Shown here in pieces: positions 38,962 to 49,439 of a DNA stretch of 64,000 nt; within the stretch, counting starts at the first letter, position 1; each line of letters starts with the position of its first letter. The stretch comes from Rhizodiscina lignyota (lineage: Eukaryota). The position numbers were made by a program, and so were the translations under genes. Below the pieces are notes generated by a model. That model did no database searches, was not told the origin of the DNA, and saw nothing but the letters and a program-made list of their open reading frames with translations. The DNA is taken from contig ML978126.1 in NCBI GenBank assembly GCA_010015805.1, forward strand, positions 1,922,001 to 1,986,000, read 5' to 3'.

Positions 38962-41574
38962 TCATCTCAACTCAAAGACTTTCGCTTTGTACTTCCCACC
39001 ATCGTCTTCTTGATGCTGATTTTGGAACTTGATGGCTTCGTTATCCATCATCCCATGGACGTAGCATTCTCCAATGACCTTGTAGTAGTATCGTTCGTCA
39101 TCGTTGTTTCTAAGCTGTGGCCGTCGAATGCGTGCCTTTGCGAGAGAAGAACCAAATGTGACCACGAGGCGGATCATCGCCAAGATGGCCAGCGTGGCAC
39201 CAGCCACGAGTAGCACTTCGAGACGGCCGTCCTCGGAGGGGAGAGTGCCCGCCAACATCCAGTACGTAATGAAGAACATCGGGACGGCGATGGCTGCATA
39301 GTACTGGTATATATTCTTCCAATATAGGAAACGCTTCGTAAAGCTCTTGAGATTCAACCAAAGCTCCAGTCGGATATGAGCATACTCATTTGCGAGTTGA
39401 TCGGCGAAATGGTGTTGCGCAGCGCTCAATGCCTGGCGAGGATTTCGGAATTGCAGTAGACTTCTTTTCAGTTCCAGACGTTCTTCTTTAAGATTTTCGG
39501 CATTTTCTCGGTCTCGCTGGAGCCTCTCCTGCTGCAGTCGACGCCTTTGCGCCCTTCTCTCTCTGGTCGCTAAATAACTTCGCTGGATGGTGATTGCTGC
39601 CTCTTCCCTCTCTGCCTGTTGGTCCTCTTCCCGCTCCATCTGCAGTTGTTCATCGCTCTTCTTTACTTTCTGGAGGATGACGGGGACAGTACAGCCATAA
39701 AGGATGCATATGAGATGCCCTGGCTCGGTGTCCTCCCGTCCAAGTCCGAGCCTTCCAGCTGCTGTCCGCATTAACCGCCTGTTTGTGATCACAGCTTCTA
39801 CTCTCCGCATAAATTCAGCAACGATAGAGCATTGCATTTCGTGGATGAGAGTTTTTGCTTCCACCGTCCCACCATGGAGGCCTTTGGCAATTGCCTCTCT
39901 GCACGCAGTTGGGTAGAACGCAGGAGCGTTGCGCCCGTGAGGTCCTCTGCCTGCGACTATGGTCCTCCAAAATTCCTCTGGAGGGTCTTTCTTCGTGTTA
40001 AGCCAGCCTCCAAGAGCAAACCAGTTCTCTGGAATATTGCCCTTCCGAGCCACTTCCTGGACTTGGTCGACTTCGTCCAGAACAAAGCCCTCGACATATA
40101 TGCTACAGTGTTTCTTCCTCGTCTTGAACTTGAGTTGTTTGAGATTGACTGGCCTTGTCCCTGCCGCACTGTAGTTGCGATGCCCAGTCATTGGCAATCC
40201 AACCAGAGGATCCGCATTAGCGCGCGCCATTTTGCGGTCCCACATGGTGAATGCTGCGTCTTTCAGACTCGGAATCCAGGACGGTAGCTCTTCGAGGTGG
40301 ATATTCCACTGCCGTCGGCCGGCTCCTGTGTGGCCTTCCATTGGTGGCGGCGGCCTCTCGGAGGATATCGGTGGTGCCCAGGGATGGCAAAGAATGTCCA
40401 AGGCTCTATTGGGCTCAGTCTGGTGGATTGAGAATTCGACGAATTCCCGGCAGAGTTCAGGATACGGCTGTTCGTAATCAACGTAAAATGTTTTGGATGC
40501 AATGTTCTCCCCCCAAGCACTGAGCTCCCGCCGAGCAGAAACGGAGAAGTCTTTCACGCGCAGACTGGCGGCTCGGGGAGTCGCGTCGCTAGCAATTGAG
40601 AGCAGCGCATAAATAGTATCGTGTGGCCGGCCTGCCTGGAAGACGGTAAGGGTTGAAACAAGGTGCTCTAAAGTAAGGAGAGGCTCTTCAAACTTGTCCA
40701 CTGATCTGCGAAAGAGGTTATTGAGATTCTCAACCAGGATAGTGGCACCAAGAGCAGGAACATGGCCGAAGAAGTCGGGGATATGGTTCGTTCGCACGTC
40801 CTTCTTCATGACCTCTGACAGTCGATGTGTTGCAGTCTCGACTTCAACAAAGAGAGATACGGCATCGGAAAACTGTTTCCACGTAATCTTCTCGTCTCCG
40901 CAATACAGTAAGCCCTCTTTAGCCAGAGCGATCTCTTGAACGACCCATCTTCTAGAGAACCAGGGGACATTCATCAATCCAATAAGCGCTCTCCATTTTT
41001 CCGGGATGCTCAGATTCTCGCAGAGACGGTCGAATCCCCAAATGTCGAGGACCTCGTTCTTGATGAAATCCATAGCAATCTTTGGTCCACCAGTAACCTC
41101 CACGCCCTCTCCAAGCCATACACAGACTCTTAAGCAATTCCCATACACGTCGGACATCATCGGCACCTGGTGATTCTTCTCATCATAGTCTTTTTGGTTG
41201 ATGCTAATAGCGTCCACCCAGAGCACGCGTGGTATGTTCTCATACCGCAAGGCCTTTAAAGCTGCTGCCAGATTTGGTTTGATGTCGAATTTGAAGGCCT
41301 CCCAAGTCGGGTTCTGCTTACAGATGATACGAATCGGCACCATCTCTCCCACGTCTCCCCAAGTCCACGACAAAGCTTCGTAGCTCTCTTGCAACTGCCA
41401 TGGGCCGTGCTCTTGTTCCCCTAGTTTCCTTTCGCTGGGAGGTACAGTAAATAGCTCACATTCGATTCCGCTTTCTTTGCTTTCGGCCGGATGCAGCCGA
41501 AGAAGGCGGAGAGCGTTGGGGTGCGGTAATGGGACGTCGGTGTACCGAAAATCCCGAACAGTTGTACCAGCCAT
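38962..41574 (-). CDS. HET-domain protein (het-6-like) with C-terminal coiled-coil/TM insertion (HET1)
   Basis: LRLLRLHP, YEALSWTWG, LWVDAISINQKD, QVPMMSDVY, WFSRRWVVQE, LPSWIP, LYGCTVPVIL, IGECYVHGMMDNEA. Confidence 0.92.
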   Translation of the reverse strand: MAGTTVRDFRYTDVPLPHPNALRLLRLHPAESKESGIECELFTVPPSERKLGEQEHGPWQLQESYEALSWTWGDVGEMVPIRIICKQNPTWEAFKFDIKPNLAAALKALRYENIPRVLWVDAISINQKDYDEKNHQVPMMSDVYGNCLRVCVWLGEGVEVTGGPKIAMDFIKNEVLDIWGFDRLCENLSIPEKWRALIGLMNVPWFSRRWVVQEIALAKEGLLYCGDEKITWKQFSDAVSLFVEVETATHRLSEVMKKDVRTNHIPDFFGHVPALGATILVENLNNLFRRSVDKFEEPLLTLEHLVSTLTVFQAGRPHDTIYALLSIASDATPRAASLRVKDFSVSARRELSAWGENIASKTFYVDYEQPYPELCREFVEFSIHQTEPNRALDILCHPWAPPISSERPPPPMEGHTGAGRRQWNIHLEELPSWIPSLKDAAFTMWDRKMARANADPLVGLPMTGHRNYSAAGTRPVNLKQLKFKTRKKHCSIYVEGFVLDEVDQVQEVARKGNIPENWFALGGWLNTKKDPPEEFWRTIVAGRGPHGRNAPAFYPTACREAIAKGLHGGTVEAKTLIHEMQCSIVAEFMRRVEAVITNRRLMRTAAGRLGLGREDTEPGHLICILYGCTVPVILQKVKKSDEQLQMEREEDQQAEREEAAITIQRSYLATRERRAQRRRLQQERLQRDRENAENLKEERLELKRSLLQFRNPRQALSAAQHHFADQLANEYAHIRLELWLNLKSFTKRFLYWKNIYQYYAAIAVPMFFITYWMLAGTLPSEDGRLEVLLVAGATLAILAMIRLVVTFGSSLAKARIRRPQLRNNDDERYYYKVIGECYVHGMMDNEAIKFQNQHQEDDGGKYKAKVFELR

Positions 41575-42504
41575 CGCGTAATTAGATCATTCGTTTCCTG
41601 AAGAGTAAGAGACCGAGCGCATGTCTCAAGTAATGCGCCCGACAGCGTGCACGCGAACCGTTTCGCATCTTCGGACGGGCATTCTTCGCCCCTTTTAAAC
41701 AAGCATTTTGAGGCTCAAATCCAAGCATTTATTGGCAAAGGTTGAGGCCGCCGGCCGCGACCAGGTGCGGCCTCGAGATGCATGATGGCGTTCAGCTGGT
41801 TGCTGTCTTTAGCGAATCTCGCCCTCGGTCGCCCTTTTTGACATGGGGATCGTCTGCAGCCAGGCTTGTTGGAGTTAACCTCTTCCGTCTCCGCACGGAT
41901 CGCTTCGATCATTGGGAGGGCGGGAAACGAATCGCGTTGGCCGAGGCAACTGAAGCGCAAGCTGCGTGAGTCGAGAAAAGGCAACTGAAAAGTTCGTCTG
42001 CCTTCCGAGGAATAATAAGAAGATGAAAAGGGGCGGGGGAGTGTGGCGTCCCCTGTTATCGTCGGCACGATGTTCGGGCCGGTCCTGAGTCCCAGCCCCC
42101 TTGCGGCTCTGCGGCTCCTTATTAGGCGCTCTCTGACCCTAACCCTCACACCCTGAATATTAAGGTCACCCCATGAAGGTGTGCTGCGCAACTCTCTTGG
42201 AATGGTTTCGTCTCTTTTTCTTTGGGCTGAAGGAACACACGAGCGTCGCGATGGAGGCAGGACAGAAAAGCGTTCCGCTAACCACGCCTTGATACTTTCA
42301 GCTTGCGGATACTCTAACGCATTTCGGGCGGTCCAGCAAGGCTCAGAGCCTCAGCCCTCGTTAGTTCCGACCAGTGAGAGGAGTCTGTCTTAGGCCTCCG
42401 ATTTAGCGGTTAAGCAGGTAAACCGATTAAAACTTTCAACTCCGTTGCTTTGATATTTGCAGTACTCTCAAGCGTTCTCTGAAGCATACTCTTCTCCATC
42501 AACT

Positions 42505-43986
42505 ATGGCAGCGTTCTCTTCAAACGGCAACCCAAGCTTCGGTTCTCTCAATTTGGCTCCGTTCTTCGAACTCCCTGCTCTTCCAAATATCGTCGCAGAG
42601 TGGGCAGCCATTATTCCATTGGTCTGCCATCTGGCCAGCTACAGACGAGACTACAGAACGTTGGGAGACGTCGCGCTTCTTGGTTGTATCAGCCTCAGCC
42701 TGTTCCCCAAGTTGGGCACTTTGGCTGGTCTCAGTCGTTTGTTACGTCGAGGCCCCGAATTTTTCGATGAGGCCAGTACACGAGGCGGCGCCACATGCAC
42801 AGTGTGGGACGTACGTTGGGGTAGTGTTTTTCCCTGCGCAAACGGCGCTGCTTGCGAGTTCGTGAAGGACTTTTTCCGGCGTCGCAGGTCTACGCCAGCC
42901 GTAACAATGCCAGAGTCTGTACAAGAAGCTGGTTCTAAAAGCCGTCCAATGTCGTGCCCAATAGAAAAGAGTCCGGATGAAAAGGGCACCCTGAGAACTC
43001 AAGCAAGCGAAACACTGCAGGCTTCAGAGAGAGCTCGAGCCCACCAGGAAATCCATGCCGGAGAGGAGTCCCAAGAAGCCACAAAAATATGTACAAGCAG
43101 TAGTTCGGACTCAGCAACGCGGCATGGAAATTGTGTCTTTCGACGATATCAGACTCTCCACGTTCTGCGAGCTCGGTTCACTACCAAGCGCAAGCGCTCT
43201 ATGTTCGACGGTGCCCGCCGTACAATCAATTTCGTAGGAATCGCGGCCATGCCTATTCTCTCAATTCTCCTGGTTTCGGTTCTCGCCATGTGTGGCGCTT
43301 ATGGGACAGCGGTTATTGTCCTTTGCAGCATGATCTCTCAAATTGCAGCTAAAAACACCATCATCCGACGGCCTCCTGGGTACCTTCAGTCTAATGAATC
43401 ATGTGAAGATGCATGTATGCTTATGGCACCGCACCAGAATGCTCAAGAGTGGACTTTGTTCATCGGAGACCGCGGCATAGTGGATACTCTGCTCAACAAA
43501 CCAATGATCATGGTCCAGGATTGCAGAGCAAACTCAGTAGCCGCAGCGTGGTTCACTGCAGCTAACCTCTTACAGCTTCTGGCTATGACATTTGTTGCCG
43601 GTCAGAAGGGGTGGGACGGTGTCTGCCTTGTGATACTCATGACAGCTGAATTTGCTTTTCAGTGGCGTACTCAGAGCATCAGGCTAGCGAAGGCATGGGT
43701 AGCTGAAGCTGGAATCGATGCACAGGTCAATTCGTTTCAATTTGGCAGCCGAATGATCATGTTGGGGGCTATTGAAAAATTCCTTGGTTGCAAGAGAACA
43801 GTTTGGATGGACCAAATTATTCCACCCCATCCCAGACGCGAGGCTTGGCTCTGTAATCTTTTCGAGGAGCCGTTTGATGAAGCTAGCTTCATACCGTCTG
43901 ACATTGCCTGGATAAAGTTGAGCGGTGCCTTGGCCACTCTCTCGGCCAACATATTACAAAGAACCACGATGGCCGACGAGGTTTGA
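42505..43986 (+). CDS. Uncharacterised multi-pass membrane protein
   Basis: Long intronless ORF (first ATG at 42505) with several hydrophobic segments (IAAMPILSILLVSVLAMCGAYGTAVIVLC; AAAWFTAANLLQLLAMTFVAG; GVCLVILMTAEFAF). Confidence 0.8.
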   Translation: MAAFSSNGNPSFGSLNLAPFFELPALPNIVAEWAAIIPLVCHLASYRRDYRTLGDVALLGCISLSLFPKLGTLAGLSRLLRRGPEFFDEASTRGGATCTVWDVRWGSVFPCANGAACEFVKDFFRRRRSTPAVTMPESVQEAGSKSRPMSCPIEKSPDEKGTLRTQASETLQASERARAHQEIHAGEESQEATKICTSSSSDSATRHGNCVFRRYQTLHVLRARFTTKRKRSMFDGARRTINFVGIAAMPILSILLVSVLAMCGAYGTAVIVLCSMISQIAAKNTIIRRPPGYLQSNESCEDACMLMAPHQNAQEWTLFIGDRGIVDTLLNKPMIMVQDCRANSVAAAWFTAANLLQLLAMTFVAGQKGWDGVCLVILMTAEFAFQWRTQSIRLAKAWVAEAGIDAQVNSFQFGSRMIMLGAIEKFLGCKRTVWMDQIIPPHPRREAWLCNLFEEPFDEASFIPSDIAWIKLSGALATLSANILQRTTMADEV

Positions 43987-44050
43987 CGGTGTCTGGAGAT
44001 TCCTTCACCTGAGAACAATGATGAGAGCGATACATGTCACACAATGCCGC

Positions 44051-46630
44051 CTACACGATCAGCATCTCACCTCCTTCGAAAAATGAAATATTTTCATCAA
44101 CCCATTTAAAGACACCTAACCAATGCCAGGAGCGTCCTTGGTCCTTACTAGCGGTTATTGCTGCAACCGCACCAGTATAGTCCCCACGATCGTCTCCGCC
44201 AATGTACAGAGACCGGCCGTCGTCAGCTGCTGGCTTCAATACGCGGACACGAGCGTCTCCTAAAATCTCAGCGATCGTTTCAAAAGCCAGAGCAGCATCA
44301 GGAAAACCATAAACCTCTGCGTCTTCTGGAATATCTTGCCCTGTATCGGGAGCCTGGCCGAATTTAATATCCCATTCCGCGGGGTAACGCTCACAAAGAC
44401 GCTCTCGGTACTCTTCCAAAAGACTGGCATCGAACTCTGTGTACATCCAAACACTCAGGAGGCCACTGTCCGTAATGCGACCCTCGTAGCTTCCGTATCC
44501 ATCGTAACTATGGTATCGGGCGGTGTAAGCTTGTTCGATTTCATCGCATCGTATGTGTCGAGCTTGTGGCAAAATCGTTGGAGTCGACGGAGCCCAGCCA
44601 AAGCCTCGAGCATTCTGAATTCTAGGCGCGCTGGACATCAAGTATGCCGTTTTCACGGTCCTTTGGTCTTTCCAAAGGTTGAGAACATCACCCAGATTCT
44701 TGGAATTGTTCAACAATCCCCAAATTATGACATCATCACCAGGTCTTGAGGCATGTCGCTGACTCAAGATATATCCTGCCTCTTCTGCCGTCTTGCGTTG
44801 CGTTTCGTCGAGCGTCGGAATCAAATGCCCTGCGCTGCCTATGAGTGTCGCCAATGATATCGAACCATCCTCCCAGACACGGCGGGTGAGGTCCACGAGT
44901 GATATCGTCTCATCTCCCTTGCACAAAATATGTACAGCTTGGTTACCTCGTGTGGCTTCAAGCATTGTCCAAGCGCGAACATTCCAGTCACAAACCAAGA
45001 GCACCGACAAGACTGTCTCAAGGCTGCCAATATCACCATTCGCCAGATCTACAGATTGCACGTCCTGGTCGCTAACCAAAACGGCTTTGCTGGTAGCGAA
45101 AATCGTGTTGATCTTCGCAATCGCTTCTTTCCGCAGTCTGTCGTCTGTAGGAATGCATGTGGAGTCGATCCAGTACGAGTCACATTCATGCTTTGTAGCC
45201 AGGTCGGAATAACGTGCGTGAAGGCAGCGGTTTATACCGTCTTCAGGTCTTCCACCTTGTCCATGGGCCCAGACGTGCGATATTGCAAGAGTCTGCTCTG
45301 AAGCAACACAGTATTGCAGGTCCTTTTTGCTGCTGTCAACACGCACGGCGCGGGGGCTCTCCACCTTGAGATACGATGCTTCATTCCAGAAAATCCTGCC
45401 ACAGGTTGAATCGCAAGATGGGATGTGGGCCGATTGTGCCAATGTTTCTGCCCCGGTGAACCGCTGGCAAGAACTCGGATCATCGCCCAGGCATGATTTG
45501 CTCGACGATTTGCTACAGCGGCCCGGGCGATCGCCGAAATGGCTCGTAAATCTCTCCAATAGACAGCGGAAATCCAGGCCGATGGCGGTTCTACTCCGTC
45601 GCAGCAGTTCTAAAGCCCAATTGCAGAGATATTGGGAGGTGCTAGCGCCTCGATAATCAATATCCATAAGACGAGAGTCACTGAGTTCCTCGAGCCTTCC
45701 TACACCGCGTACAGCAACTAAGTCATTCCAATCCGCTGAAGAACCATGATGGAGTTGCGCGCCGACTATACCGTACAAGTGCAACATCGTGGAACGCTGC
45801 CACGCGCCCCATAAGAAGGTTCTGACTACATTCAGTCTCTGCGGGTCATTAATCGGAACATCCCCTTCGGGAAAATATATTGTAGAATGCGGTAGCTCGC
45901 CTGTCGTATGACAGAAAGCGATGTAGTCAGTGAAGATTTCGAATTCGTTTAACAGTTGCGCAAGGGTGTCCACGTATTTGTAGGTCGCATACGAAAATTC
46001 CGGACTGAGTTGGGTTTTTTGTGAAGCGAGCATGACCAGCAGTGCAACTGAATTGTCGTCTATGTGATTTGTGACGATAAGATCGCCCCATATGTCCTGC
46101 GTCGTGTATTTCAGCATCTCCAACTCTGACTCTGACAGTGCCTCAGAGTTAGACATCTGGCTGTTAGATGAAAGCTTGTGGCGAGCATCATCGATAAGCC
46201 ACTCTGGAGACCATTGAGCTCTTCTCATTCTTTGCGCTATCGTATCTGTCTGTGCTTGTGGATTTCGCCCTGCAATACGGAAAGCGAGCAGTTTCATGGG
46301 AGTGGGAGGTAGTCGACGTAATATGTGTGATGCTCTCTGAAAGACTGTCTTCTCTAGATTCTCTCCGTCCATACAACTCGATCCTCCAAGCATCAAATTA
46401 GGAAGCAAACTGGAGAGTCGTTTGTTGAGCTGGACCAGATGCTCCGTAGGGTTCGAGATCGCCTGGAACAGCTGGACACACAGTGGAGCTAGCTGCTCAT
46501 GCCTTTGAATCTCATCAACTTCACTAGCCATTGGGCAGTGTAGACCCGATCCCCAGTCTTCGTTAACGCGCCTCACGATTGTGTTCAGAGAAAGGCGAGG
46601 TTTTGGCGATGATTGCGTTGATAGATCCAT
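44051..46630 (-). CDS. Divergent HET-domain protein with a long N-terminal extension and a Cys-rich segment (HET2)
   Basis: LAISHVWAHGQGG, YWIDSTCIP, AIAKINTIFATSKAVLV, DWNVRAWTMLE, SQRHASRPGD, GFGWAP. Confidence 0.85.
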   Translation of the reverse strand: MDLSTQSSPKPRLSLNTIVRRVNEDWGSGLHCPMASEVDEIQRHEQLAPLCVQLFQAISNPTEHLVQLNKRLSSLLPNLMLGGSSCMDGENLEKTVFQRASHILRRLPPTPMKLLAFRIAGRNPQAQTDTIAQRMRRAQWSPEWLIDDARHKLSSNSQMSNSEALSESELEMLKYTTQDIWGDLIVTNHIDDNSVALLVMLASQKTQLSPEFSYATYKYVDTLAQLLNEFEIFTDYIAFCHTTGELPHSTIYFPEGDVPINDPQRLNVVRTFLWGAWQRSTMLHLYGIVGAQLHHGSSADWNDLVAVRGVGRLEELSDSRLMDIDYRGASTSQYLCNWALELLRRSRTAIGLDFRCLLERFTSHFGDRPGRCSKSSSKSCLGDDPSSCQRFTGAETLAQSAHIPSCDSTCGRIFWNEASYLKVESPRAVRVDSSKKDLQYCVASEQTLAISHVWAHGQGGRPEDGINRCLHARYSDLATKHECDSYWIDSTCIPTDDRLRKEAIAKINTIFATSKAVLVSDQDVQSVDLANGDIGSLETVLSVLLVCDWNVRAWTMLEATRGNQAVHILCKGDETISLVDLTRRVWEDGSISLATLIGSAGHLIPTLDETQRKTAEEAGYILSQRHASRPGDDVIIWGLLNNSKNLGDVLNLWKDQRTVKTAYLMSSAPRIQNARGFGWAPSTPTILPQARHIRCDEIEQAYTARYHSYDGYGSYEGRITDSGLLSVWMYTEFDASLLEEYRERLCERYPAEWDIKFGQAPDTGQDIPEDAEVYGFPDAALAFETIAEILGDARVRVLKPAADDGRSLYIGGDDRGDYTGAVAAITASKDQGRSWHWLGVFKWVDENISFFEGGEMLIV

Positions 46631-47141
46631 CGTATGCCGAAGGAATTTGGAGAGAGCTACTGTTGGCGGCTGCGAAGGAAGTGTGATGCGCTTTTGACTT
46701 CTCGACTTAGTTTGCTAATGATTGGCAACATAACTAAGTACAGTAGTGTTGTCAGCCTTGCTCCCAACAGGAAGCGCGGGCACAAGGCTGACGCACCTGA
46801 AGATTCGTGAGGTTCATAACCACTCACTGATGCCTGGAGCTGCAGCACAAGGGCGACACGAAGACCGAGAGTTTGCCGACAAGCTGCCGATAGCATTTTG
46901 TATCGATAGAGTATGCTTATACTCTGATCGAACTAAAATTGATTGCTGGAGAAATTTAAGGTAAGATACAAGCCTCAGAAAAATGACGTTTCTGATCTAT
47001 GCGCAAAACTGAATAGCACCGATGGACCAGCTACGAACGCCTGTTGGATTGACCGCTTTTCCATATCGCCATTCTAATAAATCCAGATACGCCCCTTCTC
47101 ACACGATTACGCTCGCATTCCATATAGTGTTCTAATCAGCA

Positions 47142-48788
47142 TCAAGGTATGCTCTCCTCGCTGCCCCTCACTTTACTCTCATTCTCGCTCGACTCCTCAC
47201 TGCCCCTCACTTTACCCTCTTTATCGCTTCCCTCCTCTCTGGCTTCCACATTCTTTACCCCGTGGTGCCAACGCAGGATCTTCGGACGATTTGGCACGAT
47301 CAGCTGCCGGATCTTGATGTTCGCGACGTGCATTACGGCTGCGGCGTGTCTAGGGCCCGGCACACCGTCTGGAAAGATGATATACAGCCCAGATTGCAGT
47401 GACGTGTCTGGCCGGAACTTGTCATGGTATGCCTTCTTTCCACCAACGGGGAGGGCGCGGAATGTACGCTGGTAGGCTGAACGGGAAAGGCTGGAAACAA
47501 ATTTTGGCATGCCGACTATCTCACCGAGGTTGGGCATTGGCTCATAGCCCAGGCTGAGATAGGAGATGCCCGCGCGGTTGAGGAGGGCCATGGCGGAGAA
47601 GATGAGGAGGTCGGTAACACCTCGCGGAGCGTCATGGGTGGCGATACAAGGGTCGATATGGAAACCGCTGTTGGCACCGAGTTTTCTGAGTGCGGCGAAC
47701 CCGTTGGGCCTGCCATCCGGACCTCTAGTGTAGATGTAGATCATCAGTTCAGGGAGAGCAAAGGGGTTGTAGACGGTGATAAAGGCCTGGAGCTTGCCGT
47801 TGTACTGGCGGTTCCGCTCTTCGCGCCAAGTTTCGTAGATATCCATCAGCTGTTTTTGCAGGATGGGGTTTGTTCCAGTGGCGGGACTGTACACTTCGAC
47901 GCTGATGTTTCCTTTGTTAGGATCGAGAAGCTGCTTGTTCTGGCTGATTATGCGCTTGCCTGCGCTCTCGAAAAGGACGGGATTTGTCGCCGGATTGAGA
48001 ACGCATTCCTCCCCGAAGTGCATCGTGACCCATCCTTGCTCCCGGGCGAAGCTCGCGAGCTGTCCACTGGCCCCTAAGAATGCGATGCCCAATCCTTTCT
48101 TCTTTCGATACCTCTTGAATTCTTCCAAGACTGCCGGATATTCGTCAGGGCGGCAGAGTGGATCCCCGCCGACGACAGCGATTTTGTTCTCGACCTTGAA
48201 GTAGAGTGCCGCATCCATGGTACTACTAAGGAAGAAACTGTAGCTCTGATCCAATATTCCCATGTGTGATACTCGCCCATAGCGCTCAATGAGCGACTCT
48301 AGAGCAGCCATGGCGGCGAAATCACCTAGTGAGAAGATATTGTTGCCCCTCTTCCACTTTGGAACTGGACTTGAGCGCGTATAGTTAGGGGAAGAGACGT
48401 GTATATGGGAACCCGTGAAATGGAGTAGGGTTTGAGGGTTTGGGCGAACTGTTTCCGAACTTCCCGTAGTGGTTCCCGGGCTTCCCGTAGTGGTCCCAGA
48501 GCTCCCCATAGTGGTCCCCGAACTTCCCATAGTTGTAGTCATCGAAGCTGAGCTTGACAGCGTTGTCGACCACTGTGTAACGATCAAATGCCGCGCTAAA
48601 TCGAGGGGGTCCGGAACGTTCTGAAAGGTGTAAAGGAGCGCATCTGCCATGTTGTTTCCCACGCGCTGGAACAAATACTCGCGAGCTGTAGATTGGGTAC
48701 ATTTAGCTTCCAACTGTCTCTTCGTCTCTTCTCCTCCCGCATCTGCCCTGGGGCCGTTTATCCTTGCATTCTTGGGTTTTCGAGCCAT
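47142..48788 (-). CDS. Stand-alone DUF2156 (MprF/LPG-synthase C-terminal-like) tRNA-dependent aminoacyltransferase, ErgS-like
   Basis: RYGRVSHMGILD, AVVGGDPLC, FGEECVLNP, GFAALR, APRGVTDLL, YLSLGYEP, KKAYHDKFRPD; no synthetase domain fused. Confidence 0.8.
   Translation of the reverse strand: MARKPKNARINGPRADAGGEETKRQLEAKCTQSTAREYLFQRVGNNMADALLYTFQNVPDPLDLARHLIVTQWSTTLSSSASMTTTMGSSGTTMGSSGTTTGSPGTTTGSSETVRPNPQTLLHFTGSHIHVSSPNYTRSSPVPKWKRGNNIFSLGDFAAMAALESLIERYGRVSHMGILDQSYSFFLSSTMDAALYFKVENKIAVVGGDPLCRPDEYPAVLEEFKRYRKKKGLGIAFLGASGQLASFAREQGWVTMHFGEECVLNPATNPVLFESAGKRIISQNKQLLDPNKGNISVEVYSPATGTNPILQKQLMDIYETWREERNRQYNGKLQAFITVYNPFALPELMIYIYTRGPDGRPNGFAALRKLGANSGFHIDPCIATHDAPRGVTDLLIFSAMALLNRAGISYLSLGYEPMPNLGEIVGMPKFVSSLSRSAYQRTFRALPVGGKKAYHDKFRPDTSLQSGLYIIFPDGVPGPRHAAAVMHVANIKIRQLIVPNRPKILRWHHGVKNVEAREEGSDKEGKVRGSEESSENESKVRGSEESIP
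48457..48540 (-). repeat. In-frame 21-bp tandem repeat (about 4 copies) encoding TT(M/T)GS(S/P)G
   Basis: Protein reads TTMGSSGTTMGSSGTTTGSPGTTTGSSE; DNA units such as gaacttcccgtagtggttccc. Confidence 0.85.
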
Positions 48789-49439
48789 TTCAGTCCTGTT
48801 TCCACTGGAAAATACTAGTTATGGAAAGGCAAGCCTGATGTGCAGAAGAGTGCGTATGACAAAAAGGAGTAATGTTTGAAGTGCCCAGGCGGAACGAACA
48901 GAGAGCGACCATCATTTAAAGAAATTGGAAGAGAAATAAAACCACAAAGTTGCTTGCAAAGCATTGTACACGTAGAGATTGCGCCTCAGTCCGCGATATT
49001 CGCTATGAAGATGCGTCAGACCACCTACTCTGCTCCCAAGTTGGCCTTTGTGCCTTCGCGTCACTTCCCCTATTTGGCTGAGCATGCGATCTCCGCCATG
49101 CTGATTACGACATGCCCTCGTCAGAAGCACGTGACTTGCTCTACAGGAGGAAGCCCGCGGTATCTCGTCCGGCATTGTGGGAATCGAGGTGGAATTGACG
49201 CTTGAACACCTGTCTGTGTACTCTGTAAGGGAGAGAAAATACAGAGTTTTGCACCCTGGCCGCGTGGCACTCTTGCACTGCCAAGACGCTATTCCAAGTT
49301 TGGATAATATACCACAGCCGAGGCAGCTAAGCCCACTTCACAGACAGGATACTATGCAGACCCGAATAATGCAACCCGATCGAGCTCGACATTTGTCCAG
49401 CCTCACTAGGATCTTGTGGTGCTTGTTTGAACGCGCATC

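Noticed and set aside
42130..42160. Telomere-like CCCTAACCCT
   Set aside because: Fewer than two full units; compatible with chance.
48457..48540. Coding repeat as a RiPP precursor for the DUF3328 enzyme, or as a CRISPR array
   Set aside because: It lies inside the DUF2156 CDS, with no signal peptide, KR sites or unique spacers.
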